Below are positions 9,759 to 18,534 of a DNA stretch of 61,505 bases, in pieces. Numbering within the stretch: position 1 is the stretch's first letter; each line of letters starts with the position of its first letter. This DNA comes from Alphaproteobacteria bacterium (GTDB lineage Bacteria > Pseudomonadota > Alphaproteobacteria > JACZXZ01). The translations under genes and the position numbers were made by a program. The notes below the pieces were generated by a model. That model saw nothing but the letters and a program-made list of their open reading frames with translations. It ran no database searches and was not told the DNA's origin. Where the stretch lies: the NCBI GenBank assembly GCA_035625915.1, contig DASPOR010000122.1, forward strand, positions 1 to 61,505. The letters run 5' to 3'.

Positions 9759-10283
9759 CTAGCCGGCGCGCGCGGCGGACGGGCCGCCTCCGAGGACGTC
9801 CTTGGCGTCGAGCCAGTGAATGCGGCCGAATCCCGCGACAAGGTGGGCGCCCACGGCGTCGATCCGGTAAAAGCGAAAATCCTTGAAGCCCGCATAGCGT
9901 GCAGCGCTTGGGTGGCGGGCGAGATAAAGCGCGCGGTCCGAGGGCTCGGTCGTCTCGCGAGCATGTCCGACGAGGGTGAGACGTGTGCCTGCGAGCGGCT
10001 CTGCAAGTCCCTCAGTTCCATCGAAGAGGAGGGAGACGCGGTCGTCGGCCATGATGTTCTTGCTGTGATCGGCAAGATCGGAGAGCAATAGGATCGGGGT
10101 TGCATCCGGCCGGCACGCGACAAGAACAAGGGAGGCGTAGGGCCAGCCGACCGCGAAGTCGCGGCGGAGCACGCTCGCGAGCGTGGCGCGGGCGCAAGTG
10201 CGGATGAGCGCGCGCGCGGTCGCCTCAGGCGGTTCTTTCGCTTCGTGCCGCAAATCCCGGCGCTTCTCGTCGCGTTCTTGCAT
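9759..10283 (-). CDS. HugZ/pyridoxamine 5'-phosphate oxidase-like FMN split-barrel protein
   Basis: GWPYASLV, LLLSDLADHSKNI, RLTLVG, YLARHP...YAGFKDFRFY, HLVAGFGRI. Confidence 0.85.
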   Translation of the reverse strand: MQERDEKRRDLRHEAKEPPEATARALIRTCARATLASVLRRDFAVGWPYASLVLVACRPDATPILLLSDLADHSKNIMADDRVSLLFDGTEGLAEPLAGTRLTLVGHARETTEPSDRALYLARHPSAARYAGFKDFRFYRIDAVGAHLVAGFGRIHWLDAKDVLGGGPSAARAG

Positions 10284-10331
10284 CGGGCGAAATTTCCTCT
10301 CGCGATAACGCGCAAGTGGGGGCAAAGACGG

Positions 10332-10856
10332 TCACTGGCCTGGCGATTGACCTTCTGATGGCTGCGCGGCAGCCGCCGGCGCCATCGCCCCAACCGCTTC
10401 GATGCGTACCTCGACCGTAACCGCCCCGGCATGCTCGAAGGTAAGCGTCATCGGAAATCGCTCACCCTTCTTTAGCGGCCGCGATAGGCCCATCAGCATG
10501 ACGTGATTGCCGCCCGGCCGGAATTCGACGGGTTTGCCCTGCGCAATCTCGGCGTCCGCCAGGGGCGCCATGTCCACGGCCCCATTCGCCATTTCGATCG
10601 TCGTATGAAGCTCGGCGGATTTGGCCACCGGTGTCGAGACCGCGATGAGCCGGTCCGCCTGCGGTCCGCCGTTCGTAATCGTAAAATAGACGACCCCGTT
10701 GCTGGCGACACTTGCGCGCGCCCAAGGGCGAGCAATGAGAAGGTCTCCCGCCGTGTAGTCCTGGGCGTTTGACGCCGTCACGGAAATCAGGAGGAAAGGG
10801 GCGACGGCAAGGCCGAAAAGTTGTCGGGTGGATGACATATTCGCCTTTTCGATCAT
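10332..10856 (-). CDS. Periplasmic copper chaperone PCu(A)C
   Basis: Signal peptide, PWARAS, ELH(x)nM, PGGNHVMLMGL; GGAG RBS before ATG 10856. Confidence 0.92.
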   Translation of the reverse strand: MIEKANMSSTRQLFGLAVAPFLLISVTASNAQDYTAGDLLIARPWARASVASNGVVYFTITNGGPQADRLIAVSTPVAKSAELHTTIEMANGAVDMAPLADAEIAQGKPVEFRPGGNHVMLMGLSRPLKKGERFPMTLTFEHAGAVTVEVRIEAVGAMAPAAAAQPSEGQSPGQ

Positions 10857-11119
10857 ATCGTCTCCAGTTTCTTCTGGAAACTTCACCGTTTGGCCCAACG
10901 TGGTCATTGAAGCCCGACGGGTCAAGCAGGTCGCTGCATCTCTCGATGTGTGTGGGTAGGGCGACGCCCCCCGTGGCCTAGGTCGCCGATTTTGCCTGGA
11001 AAAGCCACAAATTAGACCCAATATTGCAAAATACTCGAGGTCAGCGGCGATGCCACTATTGCCGTGAGGGGAAATTATCCGCGAAGCCCGGTCCGAACCA
11101 CAGCGTTGGCAGAGGGAAT

Positions 11120-11827
11120 ATGCCGCTCAAGCGCACGATCGCGCTCGTTGACGACGACCGCAACATTCTGACCTCGGTTGCGATGGCGCTCGAGGCAGAG
11201 GGTTTCGCCGTGCGCACCTTTACAGATGGCGATGAGGCACTACGCGGCATCACCGCTCAGCCCCCCGATCTGGCCGTCCTCGACATCAAAATGCCGCGCA
11301 TGGACGGGATGGAGCTGCTCTCCCGCCTGCGCAAGAACACCGTCATGCCGATCATTTTTCTCACCTCCAAGGATGACGAGGTGGACGAGGTGCTGGGCTT
11401 GCGCATGGGAGCCGACGATTACATCACAAAACCGTTCTCCCTCCGTCTCCTCATCGAGCGTATCCGCACGTTGCTGCGCCGGATCGAGCTCAAGGACGCG
11501 GCGAGCGAGGGCCCGAATGGCGAAGCGATCGTCACGCGGGGCGATCTCCTGCTCGATTCGAGTCGGCACCTTTGCAGTTGGAAAGCCAGCCCGGTCAATC
11601 TCACGGTTACGGAGTTTCTGATCCTCAAGGCGCTTGCACAGCGTCCCGGCCTTGTGAAAAGCCGCGATCAGCTCATGGATGCCGCCTACGGCGAGCACAT
11701 CTACGTGGACGACCGCACGATCGACAGCCACATCAAACGAGTACGGAAGAAACTGAGGGCCGTGGACGATAGCTTCAATGAGATCGAGACCCTCTATGGC
11801 ATCGGCTATCGCTACAAAGAAGGCTAA
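11120..11827 (+). CDS. chvI: Response regulator ChvI (OmpR family)
   Basis: [58 protein letters not shown]. Confidence 0.96.
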   Translation: MPLKRTIALVDDDRNILTSVAMALEAEGFAVRTFTDGDEALRGITAQPPDLAVLDIKMPRMDGMELLSRLRKNTVMPIIFLTSKDDEVDEVLGLRMGADDYITKPFSLRLLIERIRTLLRRIELKDAASEGPNGEAIVTRGDLLLDSSRHLCSWKASPVNLTVTEFLILKALAQRPGLVKSRDQLMDAAYGEHIYVDDRTIDSHIKRVRKKLRAVDDSFNEIETLYGIGYRYKEG

Positions 11828-11855
11828 GCCGGCTTCGGCCTGATGGGCATGGACC

Positions 11856-13628
11856 ATGGCCGTCGAGACTGAGTCGCCATCGCGCGCCGACATCTCCCCT
11901 GAAAGGCAGGCGGGCCAAGGAAAGGCGCTCGGCCGAGACCTCAAACACGCCCGCTCGAGTGGCGCGCGCAAGCGTCGCCCCGCCGTGCTGGTCCGCTTTG
12001 CGCATTTGCGTTTCGGTCGCTCGCTCGTATTCTCCCCGCTCACGCGTCGGATCCTGGTCCTCAACGTGGTGGCTCTTGCGATTCTCGTGGTCGGCCTCGT
12101 CTATCTCGGCGAATACCAGCGCAATCTCGTTCAAGGGCAACTCGACTCGCTTGCGACGCAGGCGCGGATATTTTCAGGGGCACTCGGCGAAAGCGCGGTG
12201 AAGAACATAGGCGACGAGCCGCCCGAGCTCCAGGCCGCCGAAAGCCGCATTCTGCTGCGTCGGCTGATCGAACCGACGCGCGCGCGCGCCAGGCTGTTCG
12301 ATAGCGTTGGCGATCTCGTGGTCGACAGCCGTTATCTCGAAGGGCCGGGCGGTGCAATTCAGATCGAGCCGCTACCGCCGCCGGACGAGCGGGGATTTTT
12401 GCAGCGCCTGCCGGACCGCGTCTACGACTGGCTCGTCGGTGCGGCCGGCCGATTGGGCAACCTGCCGCGCTATCGCGAGCAAGCTCAGCAACATGCAAGC
12501 GACTACCGCGAGGTCGTGCGTGCTCTTTCGGGTGAAACGGCGGCGGTCGTCTACAACAACGCGCCGCGCGGCATGATCCTTTCCGTCGCCGTGCCGGTGC
12601 AGCATTACCGGGAGGTCGTGGGGGCGCTCATGGTGTCGCAGGACAGCGCCGAGATCGACGCCGCCATGCGAAACGTGCGTGTTGACATCCTCAAGGCGTT
12701 TGGCGTCGCACTCCTGATCACGGTCTTCTTCTCGTTTTATCTGGGCAGCACCATCGTGCGGCCGATCCGTCGCCTCGCGCTCGCCGCCGAACGCATCGGA
12801 CCCGGCCACGGCCACGCCGCAGAAATCCCCGATTTCACCGCCCGGCGCGACGAGATCGGCTATCTCTCGGCGGCCCTGAGACGCATGACAACGCAGCTTT
12901 CTCAACGTATGGAAGCGATCGAGCGCTTCGCCGCCGACGTCGCCCATGAGATCAAGAATCCGCTTTCGTCGCTGCGGAGTGCTGTCGAAACGGCCGCGCG
13001 CGTCAAGGAACAAGAACAACAACGCAAGCTCATGGCCATAATCCTCGAGGACGTCCATCGTCTCGACCGCCTGATTTCGGACATTTCCGACGCATCGCGG
13101 CTCGATGCGGCGTTGAGCCGCGATGCGGTCGAATCCGTCGATCTCGGCGCGCTCCTCGGCACGCTTTGCGATGTCTATGGCGATCCCGGCAAGCCCGAGG
13201 CCCCGAGGCTGCGTCTCTATGCGGGCGACGAGGGGGAATTCCTGGTGAGCGGACTGGAAGGGCGGCTGGCGCAGGTGTTCCGGAATCTCATCGAGAACGC
13301 CCTTTCATTCAGCCCGCCCGGTGGGACGGTAACACTCTCCCTCCGCCACGACGGCGAGATGATCGAAGCGGTCGTCGAGGATGAGGGTCCGGGTTTGCCG
13401 GAGGGCAAATTCGAGACGATTTTCGAGCGCTTCTATAGCGAGCGTCCTGCGGGCGAAAAGTTCGGGACGCACTCCGGCCTCGGACTTTCGATTTCCAAGC
13501 AGATCGTGGATGTCCACGGCGGCACCATTCGGGCCGAGAACCGTCGGGACGCGGGTGGGCGCGTGCGCGGTGCCCGCTTCATCGTGCGCCTGCTGGCGCA
13601 AATCGAGGGGGTACCGTCTCAGGATTGA
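11856..13628 (+). CDS. chvG: Sensor histidine kinase ChvG/ExoS
   Basis: SPLTRRILVLN, HAMP RRDEIG, H-box DVAHEIKNPLSSLRSA, HSGLGLSISKQIV; follows chvI. Confidence 0.96.
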   Translation: MAVETESPSRADISPERQAGQGKALGRDLKHARSSGARKRRPAVLVRFAHLRFGRSLVFSPLTRRILVLNVVALAILVVGLVYLGEYQRNLVQGQLDSLATQARIFSGALGESAVKNIGDEPPELQAAESRILLRRLIEPTRARARLFDSVGDLVVDSRYLEGPGGAIQIEPLPPPDERGFLQRLPDRVYDWLVGAAGRLGNLPRYREQAQQHASDYREVVRALSGETAAVVYNNAPRGMILSVAVPVQHYREVVGALMVSQDSAEIDAAMRNVRVDILKAFGVALLITVFFSFYLGSTIVRPIRRLALAAERIGPGHGHAAEIPDFTARRDEIGYLSAALRRMTTQLSQRMEAIERFAADVAHEIKNPLSSLRSAVETAARVKEQEQQRKLMAIILEDVHRLDRLISDISDASRLDAALSRDAVESVDLGALLGTLCDVYGDPGKPEAPRLRLYAGDEGEFLVSGLEGRLAQVFRNLIENALSFSPPGGTVTLSLRHDGEMIEAVVEDEGPGLPEGKFETIFERFYSERPAGEKFGTHSGLGLSISKQIVDVHGGTIRAENRRDAGGRVRGARFIVRLLAQIEGVPSQD

Positions 13629-13667
13629 CAGCGCGGGCTTCCGACGCCACCCTCCCCGCCCATAGGC

Positions 13668-13744
13668 ATCGTGCGGTGGATTTGAAATTCCTATGGTTTG
13701 GCGGCAGCCATATTTAGGAACTTCAAATCCGAATGCCTCGCTGG
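13668..13744. repeat. 77-bp palindromic intergenic element (REP/MITE-like)
   Basis: Arms ATCGTGCGGTGGATTTGAAATTCCTA (13668-13693) and TAGGAACTTCAAATCCGAATGCCTCGCTGG (13715-13744) around a 21-nt spacer. Arms match the 38302-38379 unit at 20/25 and 25/30 nt. Confidence 0.8.
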
Positions 13745-13780
13745 ATTAAATGTAGGGGCAGGTCTGGGGAAGGGTGGCGC

Positions 13781-14218
13781 ATGATCCAGGTCCACGGGAC
13801 CTGCGTCGAAGTCGGGGGCTTGGCCGTTTTGCTGCGAGGTCCGCCGGGGAGCGGCAAGTCGGATTTGGCGCTTCGACTGATCGACCGCGGCGCGCGCCTG
13901 GTCGCCGATGACCGGGTCGATCTGCGTTCGCGCGGCAAGAAATTGATCGCGAGTGCTCCGCAGCCCATCGCGGGACGAATCGAGGTGCGTGGGCTGGGCA
14001 TCGTCGAAGTGAGTGCTGTCGCCGAGGCGCGTCTCGCACTTGTGGTGGATCTCGTGGCATCTGGCGGTGCTGAGCGCATGCCGGACCCGGCCGCATGCGA
14101 TTTCCTCGGCATAGAAGTTCGCCGGATCGAGCTCGCGCCGTTCGAGGCGTCCGCCGCCGCAAAGGTCAGGATGGCCACCCGCAGTTTGGCGCACCCCCCT
14201 GCCGAAGCCGCTCTATAA
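13781..14218 (+). CDS. hprK: HPr kinase/phosphorylase (short alphaproteobacterial form)
   Basis: HGTCV, GPPGSGKSDLAL, LVADD, IEVRGLGIV. Confidence 0.92.
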   Translation: MIQVHGTCVEVGGLAVLLRGPPGSGKSDLALRLIDRGARLVADDRVDLRSRGKKLIASAPQPIAGRIEVRGLGIVEVSAVAEARLALVVDLVASGGAERMPDPAACDFLGIEVRRIELAPFEASAAAKVRMATRSLAHPPAEAAL

Positions 14219-14225
14219 TGGCACC

Positions 14226-15167
14226 ATGATGAACGAACCCGCCGCCAGATCAGAAGCGTCGACCGCGCCCCGCAAGGACTCGTCGCGCCATTCGACGGGG
14301 AATGCGGCCAAGGTGGTGCTCGTCACCGGTCTTTCGGGTGCAGGGCGATCGACGGCACTCAAGATTCTCGAAGACCTCGGCTACGAGGCGGTCGATAACC
14401 TTCCGCTCTCGCTTCTTTCCAACCTCGTTCGGCCCGGCGATCGACTTGGCCGTCCGCTCGCGATCGGCGTCGATATTCGCACGCGCGATTTTGCGGTCGA
14501 TCCGCTCCTGCGCGCCATCGACGGTTTGATGACGCAGACGGGTGTCGCCCCAAGGCTTCTCTTCGTCGATTGCGAGGACGAAGCTTTGCAACGTCGGTTC
14601 ACGGAAACGCGGCGACGCCATCCCCTTGCCGATGATCGCCCGATCGTCGACGGCATCCGTCTCGAACGCGCGTTCATGGCGCGGATTCAGGAGCGGGCCA
14701 ACGTCGTGATCGATACGACGAGCATGAAACTCGGCGACTTCAAGCGGGCGATGAAGGAGTATTTCGGCCTCGACCGCGGCCCGGACATGTTGGTGACGGT
14801 TATGTCGTTTTCCTACCAGGGTGGCGTGCCGCGGGAGGCCGATATCGTCATCGATACGCGGTTCCTCGACAATCCGCATTACGTGCTGGAGCTTTCGGGG
14901 CTTTCCGGCAAGGATGCGGCGGTCGCGGCCTATGTGGCGAAGGATCCGGGCTTTGCCCCCTTCCTCACCGGGTTCAAAAGCTGGCTCGCCCCCCTCTTCC
15001 CGCGCTTCGAGCGCGAAGGCAAAAGCTATCTCACCATCGCAATCGGCTGCACCGGTGGGCGGCATCGCTCCGTTGCGGTCGCGGAAACGGTCGCGGAATG
15101 GCTTCGTGGACTCGGTCGGCAAGTGTCGCTGCGGCATCGGGATATCGATCGTCAGCGGGATGCTTGA
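14226..15167 (+). CDS. rapZ: RNase adapter/P-loop NTPase RapZ (YvcJ)
   Basis: VTGLSGAGRS, EDLGYEAVDNLP, RRFTETRRRHPL, RFLDNPH, IGCTGGRHRSV. Confidence 0.94.
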   Translation: MMNEPAARSEASTAPRKDSSRHSTGNAAKVVLVTGLSGAGRSTALKILEDLGYEAVDNLPLSLLSNLVRPGDRLGRPLAIGVDIRTRDFAVDPLLRAIDGLMTQTGVAPRLLFVDCEDEALQRRFTETRRRHPLADDRPIVDGIRLERAFMARIQERANVVIDTTSMKLGDFKRAMKEYFGLDRGPDMLVTVMSFSYQGGVPREADIVIDTRFLDNPHYVLELSGLSGKDAAVAAYVAKDPGFAPFLTGFKSWLAPLFPRFEREGKSYLTIAIGCTGGRHRSVAVAETVAEWLRGLGRQVSLRHRDIDRQRDA

Positions 15168-15194
15168 GGCCAAAGTGGAATAAAGGGATCGCTC

Positions 15195-15608
15195 ATGATC
15201 GGCATGGTTCTCGTTACCCACGGCAATCTCGCGAAGGAGTTCATCTCCGCACTCGAGCATGTGGTCGGGCCGCAAAAGCGCGTCGGCGCGGTGTGCATCG
15301 GGCCGGACGACGACATGGAAAAGCGGCGCGAAGACATTCTGCGTTCGGTCGCGGAGGTGGACGATGGAAGTGGGGTTGTTCTGTTGACCGACATGTTCGG
15401 GGGCACGCCGTCGAACCTTGCCATTTCCATTATGGACAACGCGAAGGTCGAGGTCATTGCTGGCGTCAATCTGCCGATGCTGATCAAGCTTGCCAGCATT
15501 CGGCAATCCGAAGGACTTGCAAAAGCGGTCTCGGCGGCACAGGAAGCGGGGCGCAAATACATCAACGTGGCGTCAGCGCTCCTGGCGGAGGAAAAGGACA
15601 AGCGATGA
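15195..15608 (+). CDS. PTS EIIA (mannose/fructose type, ManX-like)
   Basis: VLVTHGNLA, TDMFGGTPSN, GVNLPML. Confidence 0.94.
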   Translation: MIGMVLVTHGNLAKEFISALEHVVGPQKRVGAVCIGPDDDMEKRREDILRSVAEVDDGSGVVLLTDMFGGTPSNLAISIMDNAKVEVIAGVNLPMLIKLASIRQSEGLAKAVSAAQEAGRKYINVASALLAEEKDKR

Positions 15609-15913
15609 ACGAGAGCGTCCCAAATGCCGGCATGCATGCGCCGGCGTTGAGCCGCACCCTCCTTATTTGCAACCAACGTGGCCTGCATGCGCGAGCTGCG
15701 GCGCGCTTCGTGAAGTGTGCCGAAAAATTTAATGCGGAGATCACCGTCACGAAGAAAGACACCGTGGTCTCCGGGCTTTCGATCATGGGGTTGATGATGC
15801 TGGGCGCTGGGCCGGGAACGGCGATCGAGGTGGCCGCGACGGGGCCGGAAGCGTTCGAAGCACTCGAAGCGCTTGAAGCGCTGGTCGGCGCAAGATTCGG
15901 CGAAGACGAGTGA
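15605..15913 (+). CDS. ptsH: Phosphocarrier protein HPr/NPr
   Basis: NQRGLHARAAA (His15), SIMGLMML (Ser46); ATGA overlap with the EIIA gene. Confidence 0.94.
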   Translation: MNESVPNAGMHAPALSRTLLICNQRGLHARAAARFVKCAEKFNAEITVTKKDTVVSGLSIMGLMMLGAGPGTAIEVAATGPEAFEALEALEALVGARFGEDE

Positions 15914-17739
15914 CGACGCGGGCGAAAAAATCGGCCGGAGCGGGAGCGGAGCGACGTGAAGGCGCGCAAGGCTCGATAATTACGTCGAGGGAGGGGGAGC
16001 GCGTCTTCCAAGGGCTCGGCGTCTCGTCCGGGGTGGCGATCGGGCCTGCGCACGTTCGGGAAGCGGGTGCACTCGAGGTTCCCGAGTACGCGATAGCGCC
16101 GCAGAAGCTCGAGGTGGAGCATAAGCGCCTCGCTGCGGCCATCGAGCGATCGAAGATGCAAGTCCACCAGCTCAAGGCCAAGGCGGCCGCACTCCGTGGC
16201 GCTGCGGCGGAGGAACTTGGCTATCTTCTCGATGCGCATCTTCAGATGCTGACCGGATCGCGGCTCGTTCGCGGTGCAGACCAGCGTATCCGGCGCGACC
16301 ATGTAAATGCGGAGGCCGCCGTTCAAGCGGAGATCCACGAGATCGGCAAGAGCTTCAGCCAAATGGATGACGCCTATTTCGCAAGCCGCGTCGACGATAT
16401 CCGCGAAGTCGGCGCGCGACTCGTGCGCAATCTTTTGCAGAAGCCCTACCACGCGTTCTCCGATTTACCGCTCGGAAGCATTGTCATCGCGGAGGAGTTG
16501 ACCCCGGCCGACACCGCACTCCTCGATCCCTCGCGGGTGGGCGGCTTCGCCACCGTGCTGGGCGGGCCGCAGAGCCATACGGCCATCATGGCGCGCTCGC
16601 TCGGCCTGCCGGCAGTGCTCGGTGTCGCCGGGCTTATGGGGGGTGCTGAACCGGGCACGATAGTCGTGATCGACGGCACCAACGGGCGCGTCGTCGTCAA
16701 TCCGAGTGCCAAGACCCTCGCTGAGTACGAAGAGCGTCAGCGCGAACTGCTGCGTGAGCGCCGCCAGCTCTCTCGGCTTGCCAGGCTTCCTGCCGAGACG
16801 CGCGATGGTGTTCAGATCGTGCTTCAGGCCAATGTCGAGCTGACGCGCGAAGTCGAACATGCGCGCGAGGCAGGGGCCGAGGGCATTGGCCTGCTGCGCA
16901 CGGAATTCCTTTTTATGAATCGCGAAGATCTTCCTGACGAAGAGGAGCAATACCGCGAGCTCAAGGCCTTCGTCGAAGGCATGGACGGACGTCCGGTTAC
17001 GATTCGAACGCTCGACATCGGCGGAGACAAGCTCGCCCTTACCCTCGGCGACCATTTCGGCCAGTCGGCCAATCCGGCTCTCGGCCTGCGGGCCATCCGT
17101 CTCTCGCTCAAGCGCGTGGAATTGATCGAGACCCAGCTTGCCGCCATGCTGCGCGCGGGCGCTCATGGCCCGATTCGTATCCTCTTGCCGATGATCTCCT
17201 CGATTGCCGAAGTGCGGCAGGTAAAGACGATCGTCAAGAGAGTCCGCGCGCGGCTCATTCGCCAGGGGGCGAAGATCGACGTGGAGCCGCCCAAGCTCGG
17301 CGTCATGATCGAGGTACCCGGTGCGGCACTGGCCGCGGACGCGCTCGCGATGGAAAGCGATTTCTTCGCGATCGGGACGAACGATCTCACGATGTACACG
17401 CTTGCCATCGACCGCAGCGACGAGCAGGTGGCGCATCTCTATAATCCGCTTCATCCTGCGGTCCTGCGCCTTATTCAGTTCGCGGCGGGCTCAGCACTCA
17501 GGGCGCGCATCCCGCTCTGCCTATGCGGCGAGATAGCGGGCGACCCGCGCTACACGTCGTTGCTGCTTGGCTTGGGTATCCGTGACTTTTCAATGTCGGT
17601 CAGCGCCTTGCCGCGCATCAAGCAGCGCATCCGCAACTTGGACCTGCGGGAGGCGACGCGACGCGCAGAGCTGATCATGAACCAATGGGACTCAGGCCGC
17701 ATCGCGACCTTGCTCGACGATTTCGACGCCCTGACGTGA
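15910..17739 (+). CDS. ptsI: PEP-protein phosphotransferase (Enzyme I), no GAF domain
   Basis: GGPQSHTAIMARS, GLLRTEFL, TIRTLDIGGDK, LGLRAIR, IGTNDL, LCGE. Confidence 0.94.
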   Translation: MTTRAKKSAGAGAERREGAQGSIITSREGERVFQGLGVSSGVAIGPAHVREAGALEVPEYAIAPQKLEVEHKRLAAAIERSKMQVHQLKAKAAALRGAAAEELGYLLDAHLQMLTGSRLVRGADQRIRRDHVNAEAAVQAEIHEIGKSFSQMDDAYFASRVDDIREVGARLVRNLLQKPYHAFSDLPLGSIVIAEELTPADTALLDPSRVGGFATVLGGPQSHTAIMARSLGLPAVLGVAGLMGGAEPGTIVVIDGTNGRVVVNPSAKTLAEYEERQRELLRERRQLSRLARLPAETRDGVQIVLQANVELTREVEHAREAGAEGIGLLRTEFLFMNREDLPDEEEQYRELKAFVEGMDGRPVTIRTLDIGGDKLALTLGDHFGQSANPALGLRAIRLSLKRVELIETQLAAMLRAGAHGPIRILLPMISSIAEVRQVKTIVKRVRARLIRQGAKIDVEPPKLGVMIEVPGAALAADALAMESDFFAIGTNDLTMYTLAIDRSDEQVAHLYNPLHPAVLRLIQFAAGSALRARIPLCLCGEIAGDPRYTSLLLGLGIRDFSMSVSALPRIKQRIRNLDLREATRRAELIMNQWDSGRIATLLDDFDALT

Positions 17740-17778
17740 GGTCGGCCGATACGTCGGCAACCGCCCCCTCGGATTGCG

Positions 17779-18306
17779 CTACTCGCACCCCGCGATATTT
17801 TCGATCGAGCTGCGCAAGCCGACCCGGTAGGTGAGAACCACGTCGCCGTCGGTCGCGAAAAGAAAGGCGCGCTTCCCATCGGGACTCGTCACGATCAGGT
17901 AATGGCCTTCGGGAAAGTCGGGATCGGGTCGCTCGAGAATCTGCTCATGGTAGAGGGACCTGATACGCGCTTCACTGTCCCCGATTTTCGCACCTTGTTC
18001 GGTCGCAATCGATTGATCCTCGATGTCGATGCGTTGGATCGTACCTTTCACGGCCAGGAAGTGTACTTGCGCCGAACCGCTGCTCGGCCAAACGCGTTCG
18101 CAGGGCATATCCTTGTTGCCGAACGAATCGACGGCGAGCGGGATGCTGAGCGCGCGCTCGACGTCGGCGACCTTCATGCCGATTTTCACAGCACCGAGTC
18201 CGTCAAAGCTTGCGCGTGCGCCGTCGAGGCTGGCAGCCCCACCCACGCCGGCGAGTATCCACATGGCGGCGAGACCGAATATGGCGACGATGCCAGCACG
18301 CCGCAT
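17779..18306 (-). CDS. Secreted hypothetical protein
   Basis: 175-aa ORF with signal peptide, FDGLGAVKIGM, GAKIGDSEARIRSLY, two Cys with a C-terminal GCE; fills the ptsI-ahcY gap. Confidence 0.75.
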   Translation of the reverse strand: MRRAGIVAIFGLAAMWILAGVGGAASLDGARASFDGLGAVKIGMKVADVERALSIPLAVDSFGNKDMPCERVWPSSGSAQVHFLAVKGTIQRIDIEDQSIATEQGAKIGDSEARIRSLYHEQILERPDPDFPEGHYLIVTSPDGKRAFLFATDGDVVLTYRVGLRSSIENIAGCE

Positions 18307-18405
18307 GGTTCCGTCCCCCTTTCTTGGCTATGGTGCCGTTGGATTAAGATGGGGGAAAGGCCCCAAGATTGCCAATGCAAACCGGCCTGGAAGCGAAATA
18401 TAACG

Positions 18406-18425
18406 ATATAAAGATTTCTTTATAT
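18406..18425. promoter_or_regulatory. 20-bp palindromic operator, SahR-type
   Basis: ATATAAAGA-TT-TCTTTATAT, perfect 9-bp arms, directly upstream of the ahcY -35 element. Confidence 0.7.
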
Positions 18426-18430
18426 TTACC

Positions 18431-18459
18431 TTGCAAGGACACCTTTCCACTGCTATAGA
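18431..18459 (+). promoter_or_regulatory. sigma70 promoter of ahcY
   Basis: TTGCAA-N17-TATAGA, typical alphaproteobacterial CTTG...CTATA form. Confidence 0.65.
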
Positions 18460-18534
18460 CGCACGCGCCCGGCCGCACGCCGCCTCTCTCGGTGCGACGA
18501 ACGGCGTCCCACTTCCGCCTCAGGAGAATGCCTC

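Noticed and set aside
18460-18534. SAH riboswitch in the ahcY leader (contains AACGGCGTCCC)
   Set aside because: The upstream GAGGAGCG/CAGGCTCGG core needed for the pseudoknot is missing; the palindromic operator explains regulation better.
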